A stretch of 34,679 nt of DNA from a virus (lineage: Duplodnaviria; Caudoviricetes). The position numbers were made by a program, and so were the translations under genes. The stretch is from the IMG/VR virus record IMGVR_UViG_3300027708_000195, positions 1-34,679 of that record; one strand, given 5' to 3'. This document shows positions 22,752 to 32,301 of this stretch, one piece after another (the stretch's first letter is position 1; each line of letters opens with the position of its first letter). The notes under the pieces are model-generated. The model searched no databases and was not told where the DNA came from. It worked only from the letters and a program-made list of their open reading frames with translations.

Positions 22752-23654
22752 TCATTGAAGGTTGTTTATATCTGTCCAGCCTGCGTTGTTGGTGGTACTT
22801 ACCACTGTCCAATTTGCTGTCTCTGTGTTGCTGATTAACGCCCAGTTTGCTGTCTGATCGTCGATGATTTTTATCCAGCCCGCTACCTGTGTATTGTCTG
22901 CCATATTGATGTTCTCGGCAATGGAGGCACGGAACTGAGCAGTGATGGTTGGTGCGTCTGCTGGGTTGAGGTTTTCTACGATGCTTTGCAAGAAATTACC
23001 AGATGCAACCAGCGCCGTATCTATGCCAAAGTTCTCCGTAATGCTAAAGAAGAACACAGAGAAAATCGTGATGGCTTCTGCAACTGTGATGTTCTCAGAC
23101 ACGCTGGCTGCAAACTGGGCGGCTATGGCTTCGGCTTCGGCAACCGTGATGGTTTCGGAAATGGCTAGAGCAAACTGCGCCGTGATGCTTGGTGTGTCGG
23201 CTAGGGTTATGGGTTCTGTTACCGAGGCAAGGTAAGCAAACTGTGAGGCAGGGGTGTCTGCGATTGTGAATGGCTCCGCACGGGATTGCAGCATCGCTGT
23301 GTAAACGTCTTGGCTGTCTGCTATCGTTATGGGTTCTGCACGGCTCACGGCAAACTGCGCTGTGATTGTCTGGCTGTCCGCTAGGGTAATGTTCTCTGCT
23401 ATGGATTGCAGGAAGGTTGAGGCTTGGGTGCTGGAATCAGCCAGCGTTATGTTCTCTGTCAAACTACCGAAGTAGTTAGCCCCTGCGTCATTGATAACGT
23501 CTGCTATCCCGATGTTCTCGGCTATGGACTGCAAGAAGGTGGAAGATTGACTGCTGGAGTCGGCGAGAGAGATGTTTTCAGATATAGATAAGGCGAACGC
23601 AGACCCGCCGAGACCGGCAAAGGTAGATTGGGCAAAGGCGGCGTAACCGAACAT
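22752..23654 (-). CDS. Acidic repeat-containing structural protein (12 x 20-aa repeats + Trp repeats)
   Basis: MFG..F...F N-terminus; S-I-x-E-N-I-T-L-A-D repeats; C-terminal Trp spaced every 11 residues. Confidence 0.75.
   Translation of the reverse strand: MFGYAAFAQSTFAGLGGSAFALSISENISLADSSSQSSTFLQSIAENIGIADVINDAGANYFGSLTENITLADSSTQASTFLQSIAENITLADSQTITAQFAVSRAEPITIADSQDVYTAMLQSRAEPFTIADTPASQFAYLASVTEPITLADTPSITAQFALAISETITVAEAEAIAAQFAASVSENITVAEAITIFSVFFFSITENFGIDTALVASGNFLQSIVENLNPADAPTITAQFRASIAENINMADNTQVAGWIKIIDDQTANWALISNTETANWTVVSTTNNAGWTDINNLQ
22881..23588 (-). repeat. Degenerate coding tandem repeat, ~60-bp unit, 12 copies
   Basis: Units include SISENISLADSSSQSSTFLQ, SLTENITLADSSTQASTFLQ, SIAENITLADSQTITAQFAV and SVTEPITLADTPSITAQFAL; one unit is 21 aa. 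Confidence 0.8.
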
Positions 23655-24187
23655 TAAGCGGCGATTTCCATGAGTGTGATTGAGCTAACTTGTGTACCGT
23701 TACCATCAGAATACTGAAATGTTGTTAATCCCTGAGTTGAATTTCCAAGAACTGAGTATGTTAAAGCTGAAGTGCTCGCTGGAGAATCTAAATAATTCAT
23801 TGCACTGGTATAAGCAATAGTTGTAGCCGCATTAAAATGTCCAATAAATCCGTAAGTTCTAATATCAGAGCCATTTCTTTGAATCTTAACGCCAGCAATA
23901 GCCGCATTATTTGATAATCCTGTAACGGACAATAAAACAAGAATTTTACTTGTTGCAGAACTGGGTGTAATAGAAGCAGATAAACTTAATGATGAATAAG
24001 TTGCTGTGTTATTAACTGCCGTTGGCGTAGTAGATTGAGCATTTACCACTTGCAACACAGAACCCGTAGGCAATGTACCCCTTGGAATGGTTTGTGTTCC
24101 TGTAAGCGTTGAAGCCGCTACAGATGTAATTTGGCTAGAGGTTATGCTGCCTGCCAGCAACCCTGCTGCTACTTGCGTTAAAGCCAT
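23654..24187 (-). CDS. Short fibre / receptor-binding protein (GSVLQVV...ITLMEIA type)
   Basis: 177 aa with GSVLQVV, ITPSSATSKILV, YLDSPASTSALTY and SITLMEIAA. Confidence 0.72.
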   Translation of the reverse strand: MALTQVAAGLLAGSITSSQITSVAASTLTGTQTIPRGTLPTGSVLQVVNAQSTTPTAVNNTATYSSLSLSASITPSSATSKILVLLSVTGLSNNAAIAGVKIQRNGSDIRTYGFIGHFNAATTIAYTSAMNYLDSPASTSALTYSVLGNSTQGLTTFQYSDGNGTQVSSITLMEIAA

Positions 24188-24196
24188 GTTTGTTCC

Positions 24197-24352
24197 TTAT
24201 GCGGGTTCTGGTGTGTTGCCAGCCTTAAGCCAGCGAAGGTATTCTTGGTAGTCGGTGTTGTCTGGGTCAAAGGGGATAGCCGCTCCATCGCTTGTGCGAA
24301 TAACGCAAGAAGGTTCTGTTTGACCAAATGGTATAGGTGTGGATTTATACAT
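24197..24352 (-). CDS. 51-aa fibre-partner / assembly chaperone-like protein (not in ORF track)
   Basis: Hand translation: MYKSTPIPFGQTEPSCVIRTSDGAAIPFDPDNTDYQEYLRWLKAGNTPEPA. The IP.D..N.DY..YL.W motif is typical of small genes following fibre genes. Confidence 0.85.
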   Translation of the reverse strand: MYKSTPIPFGQTEPSCVIRTSDGAAIPFDPDNTDYQEYLRWLKAGNTPEPA

Positions 24353-25420
24353 TTATAACTCCGATGAACACATCAAAGAACCTGTTGTTCCGTTTGTTAC
24401 ACAAAGCAAGGTAGGCGTATTATTTCCCCCCGCAGTAGAAGATAAATTAAAAAATATAAACAAACTATTTGCACCTGCCTGTGTAAGACTAATAGAACTA
24501 ACGGTTGTGTCATAGGCAGTTCTATCAGTAACAATTAAATTTGAAAAAGTAACTGTTGGCGCGGCTCGCATTGCTGTGTTGTATGCCATAGCAAACGCGG
24601 ATTTTGTATTTGTATTATTGTTTAAACCTGCTGCAATTCCTGCATAAGAGGTATTACCAAAAGTTTGATAGTATCTTTGGCAAAGAATAAACTCCGTACC
24701 GTACTGGCGGTACTCAAATGGGGATGCTGTTGTCCCTGCTTCTAGTTGCACACCTGTGATGTAGAAGGTTGCGCCTGATGTGCCTACGACTGAGACTGCG
24801 CCAGTAGCAGAAAAATAGTTATTTGCAGTCCATGAGCCCGCAGTTCCACTATATGTAGTACCAACACCTAATCCAAACCTAACAATCAACCCTGAGCCAT
24901 TTGTTATGTCCCAAGTTCCACCTGATGTCGGCCCAGCAACAGTTACGCTAATGGTTGTCCAAGTATTTGCAGAGGAAACTGTGTATGTAAACGGATAAGA
25001 GTATGTTGAACCACCTACTAAAGCGCCACCAAAAGTACCAGTAAGGCTTGAATAAACTTGAAACGATAAAGTAACAGTCTTTGCGTTAGCCGTTCCCCAG
25101 TTTAAATCGGCAACGTTGTAGCCTTCAATATTTTGAGCAAGGACAAAAAAATCACCTGAGCCAACACTGTAAGCGGAAGATGAAGTAATCAATAATGACT
25201 TGTTAAATCCTGCTGGAGCAGTAGAAGATTGTTGTGCAGTAAATTTAGAAGCGACAGAACCAGTAATAAAAAATCTATCTACTGGAAACAAATTGCCAGT
25301 TGTTTGAGTAACACTAGCCCCTGCGTTTCTCTGGTCTATGACCATAGCCCCGTTTATGATGCGGTTGCGGAAGGTTACGTTGCTTGAACCGCTCTGTGCT
25401 AGTGCTACAGCATTAGTCAT
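24353..25420 (-). CDS. Tail fibre / receptor-binding protein with carbohydrate-binding-like jelly roll
   Basis: 355 aa with RNRIINGAMVIDQR, ITGVQLEAG..A.PFE.R and LCQRYY, followed by a variable C-terminal domain. Confidence 0.78.
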   Translation of the reverse strand: MTNAVALAQSGSSNVTFRNRIINGAMVIDQRNAGASVTQTTGNLFPVDRFFITGSVASKFTAQQSSTAPAGFNKSLLITSSSAYSVGSGDFFVLAQNIEGYNVADLNWGTANAKTVTLSFQVYSSLTGTFGGALVGGSTYSYPFTYTVSSANTWTTISVTVAGPTSGGTWDITNGSGLIVRFGLGVGTTYSGTAGSWTANNYFSATGAVSVVGTSGATFYITGVQLEAGTTASPFEYRQYGTEFILCQRYYQTFGNTSYAGIAAGLNNNTNTKSAFAMAYNTAMRAAPTVTFSNLIVTDRTAYDTTVSSISLTQAGANSLFIFFNLSSTAGGNNTPTLLCVTNGTTGSLMCSSEL

Positions 25421-25580
25421 TTAGTTGCTCCTCAGTTGGGCGTGGCAATGTTGGGTGTTCCCACTTAGAAATGTAATCGCCTTTGCCGTCAGAGTCGTTT
25501 TGCAAAAGGATAGTTCCAAAAGCAAAGTTATGATTTTGTAACTCTGGATAAATGGCTATTATTTTTTCATATAAACTCAT
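25413..25580 (-). CDS. 55-aa XkdW/YorD-like fibre partner protein (not in ORF track)
   Basis: Hand translation: MSLYEKIIAIYPELQNHNFAFGTILLQNDSDGKGDYISKWEHPTLPRPTEEQLND. The D.DG.G.YI..W....P.PT..QL motif is present; overlaps both neighbours. Confidence 0.85.
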   Translation of the reverse strand: MSLYEKIIAIYPELQNHNFAFGTILLQNDSDGKGDYISKWEHPTLPRPTEEQLND

Positions 25581-26569
25581 TACGCACTCCTTACCAAAAC
25601 GCCTTGAAACGTAGTGTATGGTCCACCTGCATCACCATACAATGTTGTAGAAGCAGTACCCGTGTAAGCATAAATTTCAAAATAATCAGTTGACCCGTTT
25701 GCATAAGCCAATCCAGTAAACGGAGTACCATTTGAATTTGTTGCGCCAATAGCCGTTCCAGATACATATACTGAACCATTCTTATATAAAGAAACTCTGC
25801 TGTCAGTTACGCTGGCACCAGAACCAAAATTTATATTTGAAGAAATTTGATAATAGCCAGCAACAGTAGGGGTAAAACGACTAGACGCAAAGTTGTTATT
25901 AGTATCAAATATTTCAGTTCCAAAATTAACTTTATTCCAAGTACTTTGTGTCAATGCTTGACTACCTGATGCACAAGCACTAAACGCTGGCCCATTACCC
26001 GCCACATTGGTTGACAACTTAGCCTGAGTCACAGAAGCATCTACCAAATAAGTAGAACTCACGCTACCCGCAGTAGCAGGAATAGCATTCAACACCGAAC
26101 TTACATAGAAACTCTCTGTACGGATTAAGTCGCCTGTTGTTGCGCCTGACGCTAGTACTACTGTTGTACCTGTTGTGGCTGTGAAGTCGGCAGTACCAAG
26201 CATCACGCCGTTACGATAAACATCAATGTAGCCAACGGTATAAGAAGGCACACTGAATGATGTCTGCCCCGATGTTGCTGTGAACTCGGTTACTGTTCTG
26301 TAGGCTGTAGTCGTTACTCCGCTGGCTGGAATGCCAAGGTATCTGACGCTGATGTTGCTTGTACCGCTTGGAGGCGCGGCAGAGAAGGTCAGGGTTGTGC
26401 CTGATACAGAATAGGTTGATGGGTCTTGGAGTACGCCCGTTACGGCAACGATGATTGAAGACGTGTTGGCAGGAGCCACCGTCATGGTGAACGCTGTTTG
26501 TGAGCCTGTCCCGCTGAACGTATCAGTCAGGAAGGCTGCTGAGATTGGGGCGTTGCCTATGTAACTCAT
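25580..26569 (-). CDS. Fibre protein with two small beta domains and a C1q/TNF-like C-terminal head
   Basis: 329 aa; FSGTGSQTAFT and FTATSGQTSF domains; GPAFSA..FDTNNNF..RFTPTVAGYYQI head. Confidence 0.72.
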   Translation of the reverse strand: MSYIGNAPISAAFLTDTFSGTGSQTAFTMTVAPANTSSIIVAVTGVLQDPSTYSVSGTTLTFSAAPPSGTSNISVRYLGIPASGVTTTAYRTVTEFTATSGQTSFSVPSYTVGYIDVYRNGVMLGTADFTATTGTTVVLASGATTGDLIRTESFYVSSVLNAIPATAGSVSSTYLVDASVTQAKLSTNVAGNGPAFSACASGSQALTQSTWNKVNFGTEIFDTNNNFASSRFTPTVAGYYQISSNINFGSGASVTDSRVSLYKNGSVYVSGTAIGATNSNGTPFTGLAYANGSTDYFEIYAYTGTASTTLYGDAGGPYTTFQGVLVRSA

Positions 26570-27438
26570 GCTGTGTATGTCCCGCTTGATGTAAACGTAT
26601 GGATGGTATTTCCACCAGAAGTAGTTACTGTTCCACCTGTACCGCGTTGAGAACCGGGATAGGAAACAATTACGATTCCAGAACCGCCTGACCCACCAGT
26701 AGCGCCATTAAGTGCGCCGCCGCCACCGCCTCCGGTATTAGCCGTACCAGAAGTACCATTGCCAGAACCAGAACCAGCGCCTCCGCCACCTGTGCCACCA
26801 GACCCTCCAGTACCAGAAGTAGGAGTTCCACCGCCACCCCCACCTCCATAATAACCAATCGTCCCAGAAATATAAGAGGCTATTCCATTTCCACCATTAC
26901 CAGCAGAATTTTGTCCTAAAAATGCATTTCCCCCGGGGTTTCCAGCGCCGCCGCCACCAGCAGATGGATAAGGCGCACCAGAAAGTGCGTTGTTTGACCC
27001 ACCATTAAATCCTTGCCCAGCAGTGCCTGCTCCGCCTACAGTTGCATATGAAGCGCTTCCGGTTCCGCCACCGCCGCCACCAGAACCACCGGGACCACCC
27101 GGAGGATTAGCATCCGCAGAGTTTCCGCCGCCGCCACCGCCAATAGCAGTGAACGAACCCAAAACAGAATTTCCACCTGTGTTTCCGTATCCAGTTGAGC
27201 CATTTGAAGATAGCCCAGCACCGCCAGCGCCTATAGTTACTGTGTAAGAAGTGCCAGAAGTAAAGTTGGTAGTTGTTTGTATAACTCCACCTGCACCGCC
27301 TCCGCCAGATTTGGCTCCTCCACCGCCACCTACAACTAAAATTACAGTGGAATATAAAGAACCATTACCAGTACCCCCGTTAGCAACGGGCAATACATTT
27401 ACTACCGCTTTGGTTAGGTCTATGGTGCTTATAGCCAT
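26566..27438 (-). CDS. Glycine-rich domain fibre/adhesin protein
   Basis: 290 aa with LVVGGGGG, NTGGGGGG, GGSGIVIVSY and IHTFTSSGT. Confidence 0.75.
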   Translation of the reverse strand: MAISTIDLTKAVVNVLPVANGGTGNGSLYSTVILVVGGGGGAKSGGGGAGGVIQTTTNFTSGTSYTVTIGAGGAGLSSNGSTGYGNTGGNSVLGSFTAIGGGGGGNSADANPPGGPGGSGGGGGGTGSASYATVGGAGTAGQGFNGGSNNALSGAPYPSAGGGGAGNPGGNAFLGQNSAGNGGNGIASYISGTIGYYGGGGGGGTPTSGTGGSGGTGGGGAGSGSGNGTSGTANTGGGGGGALNGATGGSGGSGIVIVSYPGSQRGTGGTVTTSGGNTIHTFTSSGTYTA

Positions 27439-27439
27439 A

Positions 27440-27793
27440 TTAAGCCTCTGTTAATTCTTTCCAAGACGTAGTGGCTTCATCCCACTCGTAGAACTTATCG
27501 TCTGTTGGCATTGGAGTTGGTGCGCCCCATAGACAAGTGTCATCGTTCAATACCCAACTTGCAAATGGCTTTGGTGGGATGAATGCGTCTTTTGTGCGGT
27601 CATATGAATAGCCGATACCAGCGTAGTTCTTACGCAGTGGAGTACCGCCGTTAGCATGAACACCACCGTGTGTGTTGTACGAAGTCTGAATCCACTCACC
27701 GGGACTTGAGTCCACAAATGTTTGAAAAAACTCAGGTTCAGCAACGATAACTTGTGTAACGATGCCGTCTACTACTTTTGCAAAATGTGACAT
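27440..27793 (-). CDS. Small partner protein of glycine-rich fibres (MSHFAK type)
   Basis: 117 aa with WIQTSYN, RKNYAGIGYSYD, FIPPKPFASW and W.APTP.P; lies between two glycine-rich genes. Confidence 0.78.
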   Translation of the reverse strand: MSHFAKVVDGIVTQVIVAEPEFFQTFVDSSPGEWIQTSYNTHGGVHANGGTPLRKNYAGIGYSYDRTKDAFIPPKPFASWVLNDDTCLWGAPTPMPTDDKFYEWDEATTSWKELTEA

Positions 27794-27805
27794 GTGTTTT
27801 TCCTC

Positions 27806-29137
27806 TTAGAAAGTTATCGTTCCCGACCCTGTGAATTGAAATATGTAATTACCGCCAGAAGATGTTTGCGTGTATGTACCTGTGGCTGTGGCTAACTTGT
27901 ATGCGGTTGAGTAGGCAACTACAACTATTCCAGAACCTCCCGCACCACCTAGAGTAACGGAAATGCCCATTCCGCCACCACCACCCCCTGTGTTTGTTCC
28001 GCCAGCGCCACCTACGCAGGCACCTGATTGGGCTGCGTTTAGTTGACCATTGCCCCCCGTATTTAGCGCCGAGCCACCGCCTGTGCCAGCGGTTCCGGTA
28101 TTCCAGCAAGCACCGCCACCGCCACCGCCTAAACCACCATTTCCAGCGGTTCCAGTTTGCCCGCCACCTCCACCACCACCGCCCCAATAATAGGAAGTAC
28201 CAGTAATTGCAGAAACAATTCCAACTCCACCAGCACCAGCAACACTATTAGAAACAGCATTTGCGCCAACAGCGCCAGCACCTCCGCCACCTCCAGATGA
28301 GTATGGGTTTGCAGATGAATAAGCGTTTGAACCGCCAGCATAGCCTTGACCAGATGTGCCAGAACCTCCGCTAGATGCCCCTGCGTAATACCAACCACCG
28401 CCTCCACCAGAACCACCAGATAATCCGTTTTGAGATGTGCTACTACCGTTAGCATATGCACCACCACCACCACCGCCAGATGCGGTTAGCCCGAAAGCCG
28501 TTGTATTAGAACCAGTTGCTCCTTGTGTGGCAGCGCCTTGAGTTGCCCCAGAACCACCTCCACCAACAGTAATTGTGTAAGAAGTCCCCGGTGTAACAGA
28601 AGTAGTAGAAGCAAGAACTCCACCTGCTCCACCACCGCCAGCGCCGCCGCCTCCGCCTCCGCCAGCAACAATTAAATAATTTACTAATGGCGTAGAAGCC
28701 GTAACCCAAGTAGGAGCCGCGCCAGAACCATTAGACTGTAAATACTGACCCGCCGTTCCAGCAGAACCAGTAAGAGTTAAGCCTGTAGTTATGTTTGGTG
28801 TTACAAGAGTAGGCGTAGTCAGCGATAGGCTGGAAGTCAGAGAGTTTGTGTTTACTGTGTTTTGCCCCGGTGCAATTACATCCGTTATTGGACTTGTGTA
28901 GTAAACATAAATGTTATTTGTCCCGCTCAGTGGAGCAGACGTAAATGTGATGGTGTTGCTGCTTACTGTGTAGGCTGAACTGGGGTTCTGGGCTACGTTA
29001 TCAATAACCACCTGCACCTGCGCCACAGACGCAACTGGGCGAGACAGCGTGAATGCCGTGGCGGAACCCGTACCGCTGAAGTAATCAACGGCTGGCGTGA
29101 AAGCCTGTTGTGTAGAGGAGTTACCGATTACTGCCAT
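27806..29137 (-). CDS. Glycine-rich domain tail fibre protein
   Basis: 443 aa. N-terminal beta domain shared with 25580-26569; GTAGQYLQSNGSGAAPTW linker; YLIVAGGGGG...GGSGIVVVAY domain. Confidence 0.75.
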   Translation of the reverse strand: MAVIGNSSTQQAFTPAVDYFSGTGSATAFTLSRPVASVAQVQVVIDNVAQNPSSAYTVSSNTITFTSAPLSGTNNIYVYYTSPITDVIAPGQNTVNTNSLTSSLSLTTPTLVTPNITTGLTLTGSAGTAGQYLQSNGSGAAPTWVTASTPLVNYLIVAGGGGGGGAGGGGAGGVLASTTSVTPGTSYTITVGGGGSGATQGAATQGATGSNTTAFGLTASGGGGGGAYANGSSTSQNGLSGGSGGGGGWYYAGASSGGSGTSGQGYAGGSNAYSSANPYSSGGGGGAGAVGANAVSNSVAGAGGVGIVSAITGTSYYWGGGGGGGGQTGTAGNGGLGGGGGGACWNTGTAGTGGGSALNTGGNGQLNAAQSGACVGGAGGTNTGGGGGGMGISVTLGGAGGSGIVVVAYSTAYKLATATGTYTQTSSGGNYIFQFTGSGTITF

Positions 29138-29464
29138 TTAGACCACCGTCAATCCTGATACCCAAGCATCGGCTGAAGATGCCGCACTTGAGACCACAAC
29201 CAGAACATCTGCTGCTTGCAAAATAATCCTGTTGCCTTGAATACATTCGTTTGAACCGCCCACCGCCACTGTTGCGCCTTTGACTAGGTAGTAGTTGACC
29301 GCTGAACGGGTAAAGTAAACGTCACAAGTGATAGGTGAAGTAGAGGTGTTAGATACCACAAGGCTGGCTATAGCCAAAGTGGTCGATGCCGCTACTGTCG
29401 TTGCAGTAGAGCCGCCCGTGCTGACGTTCTTTACTCCATACGATACGTTGGTGTAGGTTGCCAT
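29138..29464 (-). CDS. Small beta-rich virion protein
   Basis: 108 aa, T/S/V-rich; within the fibre cluster. Confidence 0.65.
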   Translation of the reverse strand: MATYTNVSYGVKNVSTGGSTATTVAASTTLAIASLVVSNTSTSPITCDVYFTRSAVNYYLVKGATVAVGGSNECIQGNRIILQAADVLVVVSSAASSADAWVSGLTVV

Positions 29465-29467
29465 TTC

Positions 29468-30511
29468 TTATCCCATCATAAAAGCTAGGTAGTACGCTTG
29501 GTCTGCTGTAGCTGCTGTGTTAACAGCCCATGTTGGCGCACTACCGTTAGAAGTCAAAATATATCCGTTAGCACCGATTGGCACTTTAGATAGAGCCGTA
29601 CCAGACACGTAGTAAAGCAAGTCGCCTGCGGCATAACTTGTCAGCCCTGTACCGCCGTAGCCAGTAGCAATAGTGCCGCCTTGCCATGTACCGCCAGAAA
29701 TTACAGTAGAACCAAGCGCAAGAGAGTTAGTGCCCCACTGCACATTCTCAGGTATATAAGCATGGACGTCCCATGTTCCGCCTACTGTGCCGTTAGAAAG
29801 CAAGGCAATATCAGCCGCGCCACCGGGGGCAATCGTACCCACAGCGCCAGAAGCATTGTCAACAATCGTTAGCGTGCCAGTAGCGTTGTTGTTGAACTGG
29901 AAAGCAGTTGTTGCTGTCAGTGTCGTAGCGTCGGGCAATCTAAATGTCTGTCCGCCCGTACCGGTCAAAATCTGGCTAAATGTAGAAGCCGCTGTCAAGG
30001 TAGTTGTGCCGCCCGCCGCAGTAACTGTTGTGCTGCCTTGATTTAAACGGTTAATAGATACGTTCTGGTTTGCATCTCTCAGCATCACCGAGTTAGCGCC
30101 ACTTGATGCGGTTACGCCCGTGCCACCATACGCCACGCCTACAGTTGTACCTTGCCAAGTACCAGAAGACACAGTACCCAACGCGCTGACGTTGTTAGAC
30201 CCGTCTAGATTGACGGACTTCTCAGCAGGGTAAGTTACAAAGACGTTGACCGTACCAGAGAACGTAACCGCTGACCCAGAGTTGCTAGAGGCCAGAATAG
30301 TCGTGCGCGTGAGAGTCGGGCCAGTCGTTGAGTACGTGCCAATCCCCACCTCCCAGTTACCCGTAGCATCAAAGGCAGAGTAATAGGTGGTGTTCCCGTT
30401 GCCCACTACGGCAAAGGATTGGAAGCCCGTGACAGAGCCCGATAAGGTAAAACTTACCGTTGTGTTGGCTGTGCCAGTCTGTTGTACCCGATCATTGAGG
30501 GCTAGAGCCAT
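29468..30511 (-). CDS. Tail fibre protein
   Basis: 347 aa with MALALNDRV, WEVGIGTY, VFVTYPA, a repeated GTWQG....YGGTG motif and GANGYILTSNG. Confidence 0.72.
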   Translation of the reverse strand: MALALNDRVQQTGTANTTVSFTLSGSVTGFQSFAVVGNGNTTYYSAFDATGNWEVGIGTYSTTGPTLTRTTILASSNSGSAVTFSGTVNVFVTYPAEKSVNLDGSNNVSALGTVSSGTWQGTTVGVAYGGTGVTASSGANSVMLRDANQNVSINRLNQGSTTVTAAGGTTTLTAASTFSQILTGTGGQTFRLPDATTLTATTAFQFNNNATGTLTIVDNASGAVGTIAPGGAADIALLSNGTVGGTWDVHAYIPENVQWGTNSLALGSTVISGGTWQGGTIATGYGGTGLTSYAAGDLLYYVSGTALSKVPIGANGYILTSNGSAPTWAVNTAATADQAYYLAFMMG

Positions 30512-30521
30512 TTAAGACTCC

Positions 30522-31121
30522 TTAAGAAGTCGCAGTAGTCGAGTAAGTAACAGTTACGGTGTCGCCAGATGTAACAGTCTTGGCAGTGCTGAAGTTGCCT
30601 TCTGAGTACAAAGTACCCGCAGTGCTAGAGATTGTGCTGACTGCGCCAGAACCTGTTACCAAGAAACATCCATACACAGTAGCAGAACCTGTCATTGTGT
30701 AGGTGATAGCCGTAGCCGTTGACGTAGTGACGTTTGATGGAGTCGTACCAGACGAGGTAGATGCTGCAAACACTGCTGTTCCACGCACTGCTGAACCGCC
30801 CACGGTATAGGTAGTCAACTCAGTCCATGTCTTAGAAGTCATAGTGTCTGCGGCTGCAAACGTAGTGCTGTTGTTAATCAAACCCAAGAATGGGCCAACT
30901 GTGGTGTAAGTGCCAGATGTGCGGAGCAAGGTGTCCAGCAACAACTGCTTACCAATAGCAACGACCAAGTTAGGGAATGCTTCGTCCCACTTGAGGTTGC
31001 CTTGTGCGTCACGGCACTCTACTTTGTAAAAGCCTTCAATGCCCATACCCTCTGGGATGGATGCGTTAGCTTGCAGTGTGGCTACGGCGTTATCGCCAAA
31101 ACCGGATTGTTCTTTGTGCAT
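30522..31121 (-). CDS. Virion structural protein (beta-rich)
   Basis: 199 aa with G.Y.VEC.D..G..KW, NLVV..G and GTLYS...F...K.V..GDT..VTY. Confidence 0.65.
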   Translation of the reverse strand: MHKEQSGFGDNAVATLQANASIPEGMGIEGFYKVECRDAQGNLKWDEAFPNLVVAIGKQLLLDTLLRTSGTYTTVGPFLGLINNSTTFAAADTMTSKTWTELTTYTVGGSAVRGTAVFAASTSSGTTPSNVTTSTATAITYTMTGSATVYGCFLVTGSGAVSTISSTAGTLYSEGNFSTAKTVTSGDTVTVTYSTTATS

Positions 31122-31129
31122 ATGTGCTC

Positions 31130-31573
31130 CTATGAGAGTCGGATGATTGCAGACGTATTAGTGACTGCTGGGAATTGTACGGTGAATGTGTTAGTTGAGG
31201 TCTTATCTGCGCCAAAATCTAACACGCAAACTGTTGGGTTAGTCGTGCCATTAGCCAAGTAAATCAAAGCACCTCTCGCGGTGATGGAGCCTGTCCATGC
31301 AGCATTAGTAAAAGACAGATAGGTTGTTGCCGCACCGGTCTGGTTACCGATTGTGGGGATTTGGCTAATAACCAGTGTTTGTCCACCCGCCGCATAGTTA
31401 CCACCAGATGTTTCGCCTGTGCTTGTGTAAGCTGTAGTAGTGGCATCTAACGTAGCGGCGTTGGTATACAACGCAATATTAAATACTTGAGACGTCCCAG
31501 TATTGAAGTTAAACACCCCATCAAGTAAACCGGTCTTGAATGTATTGGTTGCCCAATTACCCGTAAACGCCAT
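31130..31573 (-). CDS. Virion structural protein (beta-rich)
   Basis: 147 aa with F.IALYT, Y..GG..L, ARGALIY and VLDFG.DK. Confidence 0.68.
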   Translation of the reverse strand: MAFTGNWATNTFKTGLLDGVFNFNTGTSQVFNIALYTNAATLDATTTAYTSTGETSGGNYAAGGQTLVISQIPTIGNQTGAATTYLSFTNAAWTGSITARGALIYLANGTTNPTVCVLDFGADKTSTNTFTVQFPAVTNTSAIIRLS

Positions 31574-32301
31574 TATTGGACCCCGCTATTTTGCGGTAGC
31601 GGAGCCACGCGAGCCTGACCACTACGATACGCATCACTGCGCTCCAGCCCATCTCCGAGGCGTTTAGCCAATGCAAGTGCTTCTTTGTACTTGGTATCGT
31701 ACAAAGTAATGATGTCTTGTTCGCCCTTCATGTAGGTATATGCTTCAACCAGCGAACCATACAAAAGGACTGTGTCAAAGTTATCCCCCAGCCAAGTCTG
31801 ACCAGTAGACGAAACGGTGATTGACACGGGGTAATAGTAATAGTGCAACTCTACGGAGTAAGACGCATCAGGGGTTGGACCAACAATGAATGAGAGCTCA
31901 TTAGTAATTGTGCTGGTATTAACAGTTGGGCCAAACAGCGCGTAGTATTTAGGAATACCTGTATCTGTGGTTGGGTTGGGGTACGCCTGACGGATGAAGT
32001 TCACATCTTTGTTTAACAGGTATTCGTAGTTACCCGTTGCTGTATCAATTACAGCCAAAGAATACGTAGACAAGAAATCATCGGGGCAAGATAAATATTT
32101 ATTGCTAGTAGTCACGCTACCTGTCACGTTTTTGCGTAACGACGGAAACTGAACAGTGTTATAGATACGCTGTTCAGCCTGAGTAATAAAGCGATTCAAC
32201 TGGGTCGTTGAAGACACAACTGTGCTATCCGCCAACGTAGTGGCAGGAAACGTATTTTCTGTATACGTCTGAATCGCTGTTAGTAACTCAGAATAGGTCA
32301 T
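31573..32301 (-). CDS. Head-tail adaptor-like protein
   Basis: 242 aa with FI.QAE.RI, P.DFL, G.PKYYA, PTPD..Y.VELHY and LLYGSL.EA..YMK. Confidence 0.68.
   Translation of the reverse strand: MTYSELLTAIQTYTENTFPATTLADSTVVSSTTQLNRFITQAEQRIYNTVQFPSLRKNVTGSVTTSNKYLSCPDDFLSTYSLAVIDTATGNYEYLLNKDVNFIRQAYPNPTTDTGIPKYYALFGPTVNTSTITNELSFIVGPTPDASYSVELHYYYYPVSITVSSTGQTWLGDNFDTVLLYGSLVEAYTYMKGEQDIITLYDTKYKEALALAKRLGDGLERSDAYRSGQARVAPLPQNSGVQ

Noticed and set aside
26650-28680. ccgcca/ccacca-rich runs as possible DNA repeats or a CRISPR array
   Set aside because: Explained by glycine codons; there is no constant repeat-spacer structure.
23654-29137. Diversity-generating retroelement or invertible shufflon acting on fibre genes
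   Set aside because: No reverse transcriptase, invertase, TR/VR pair or inverted cassettes are visible in the window.
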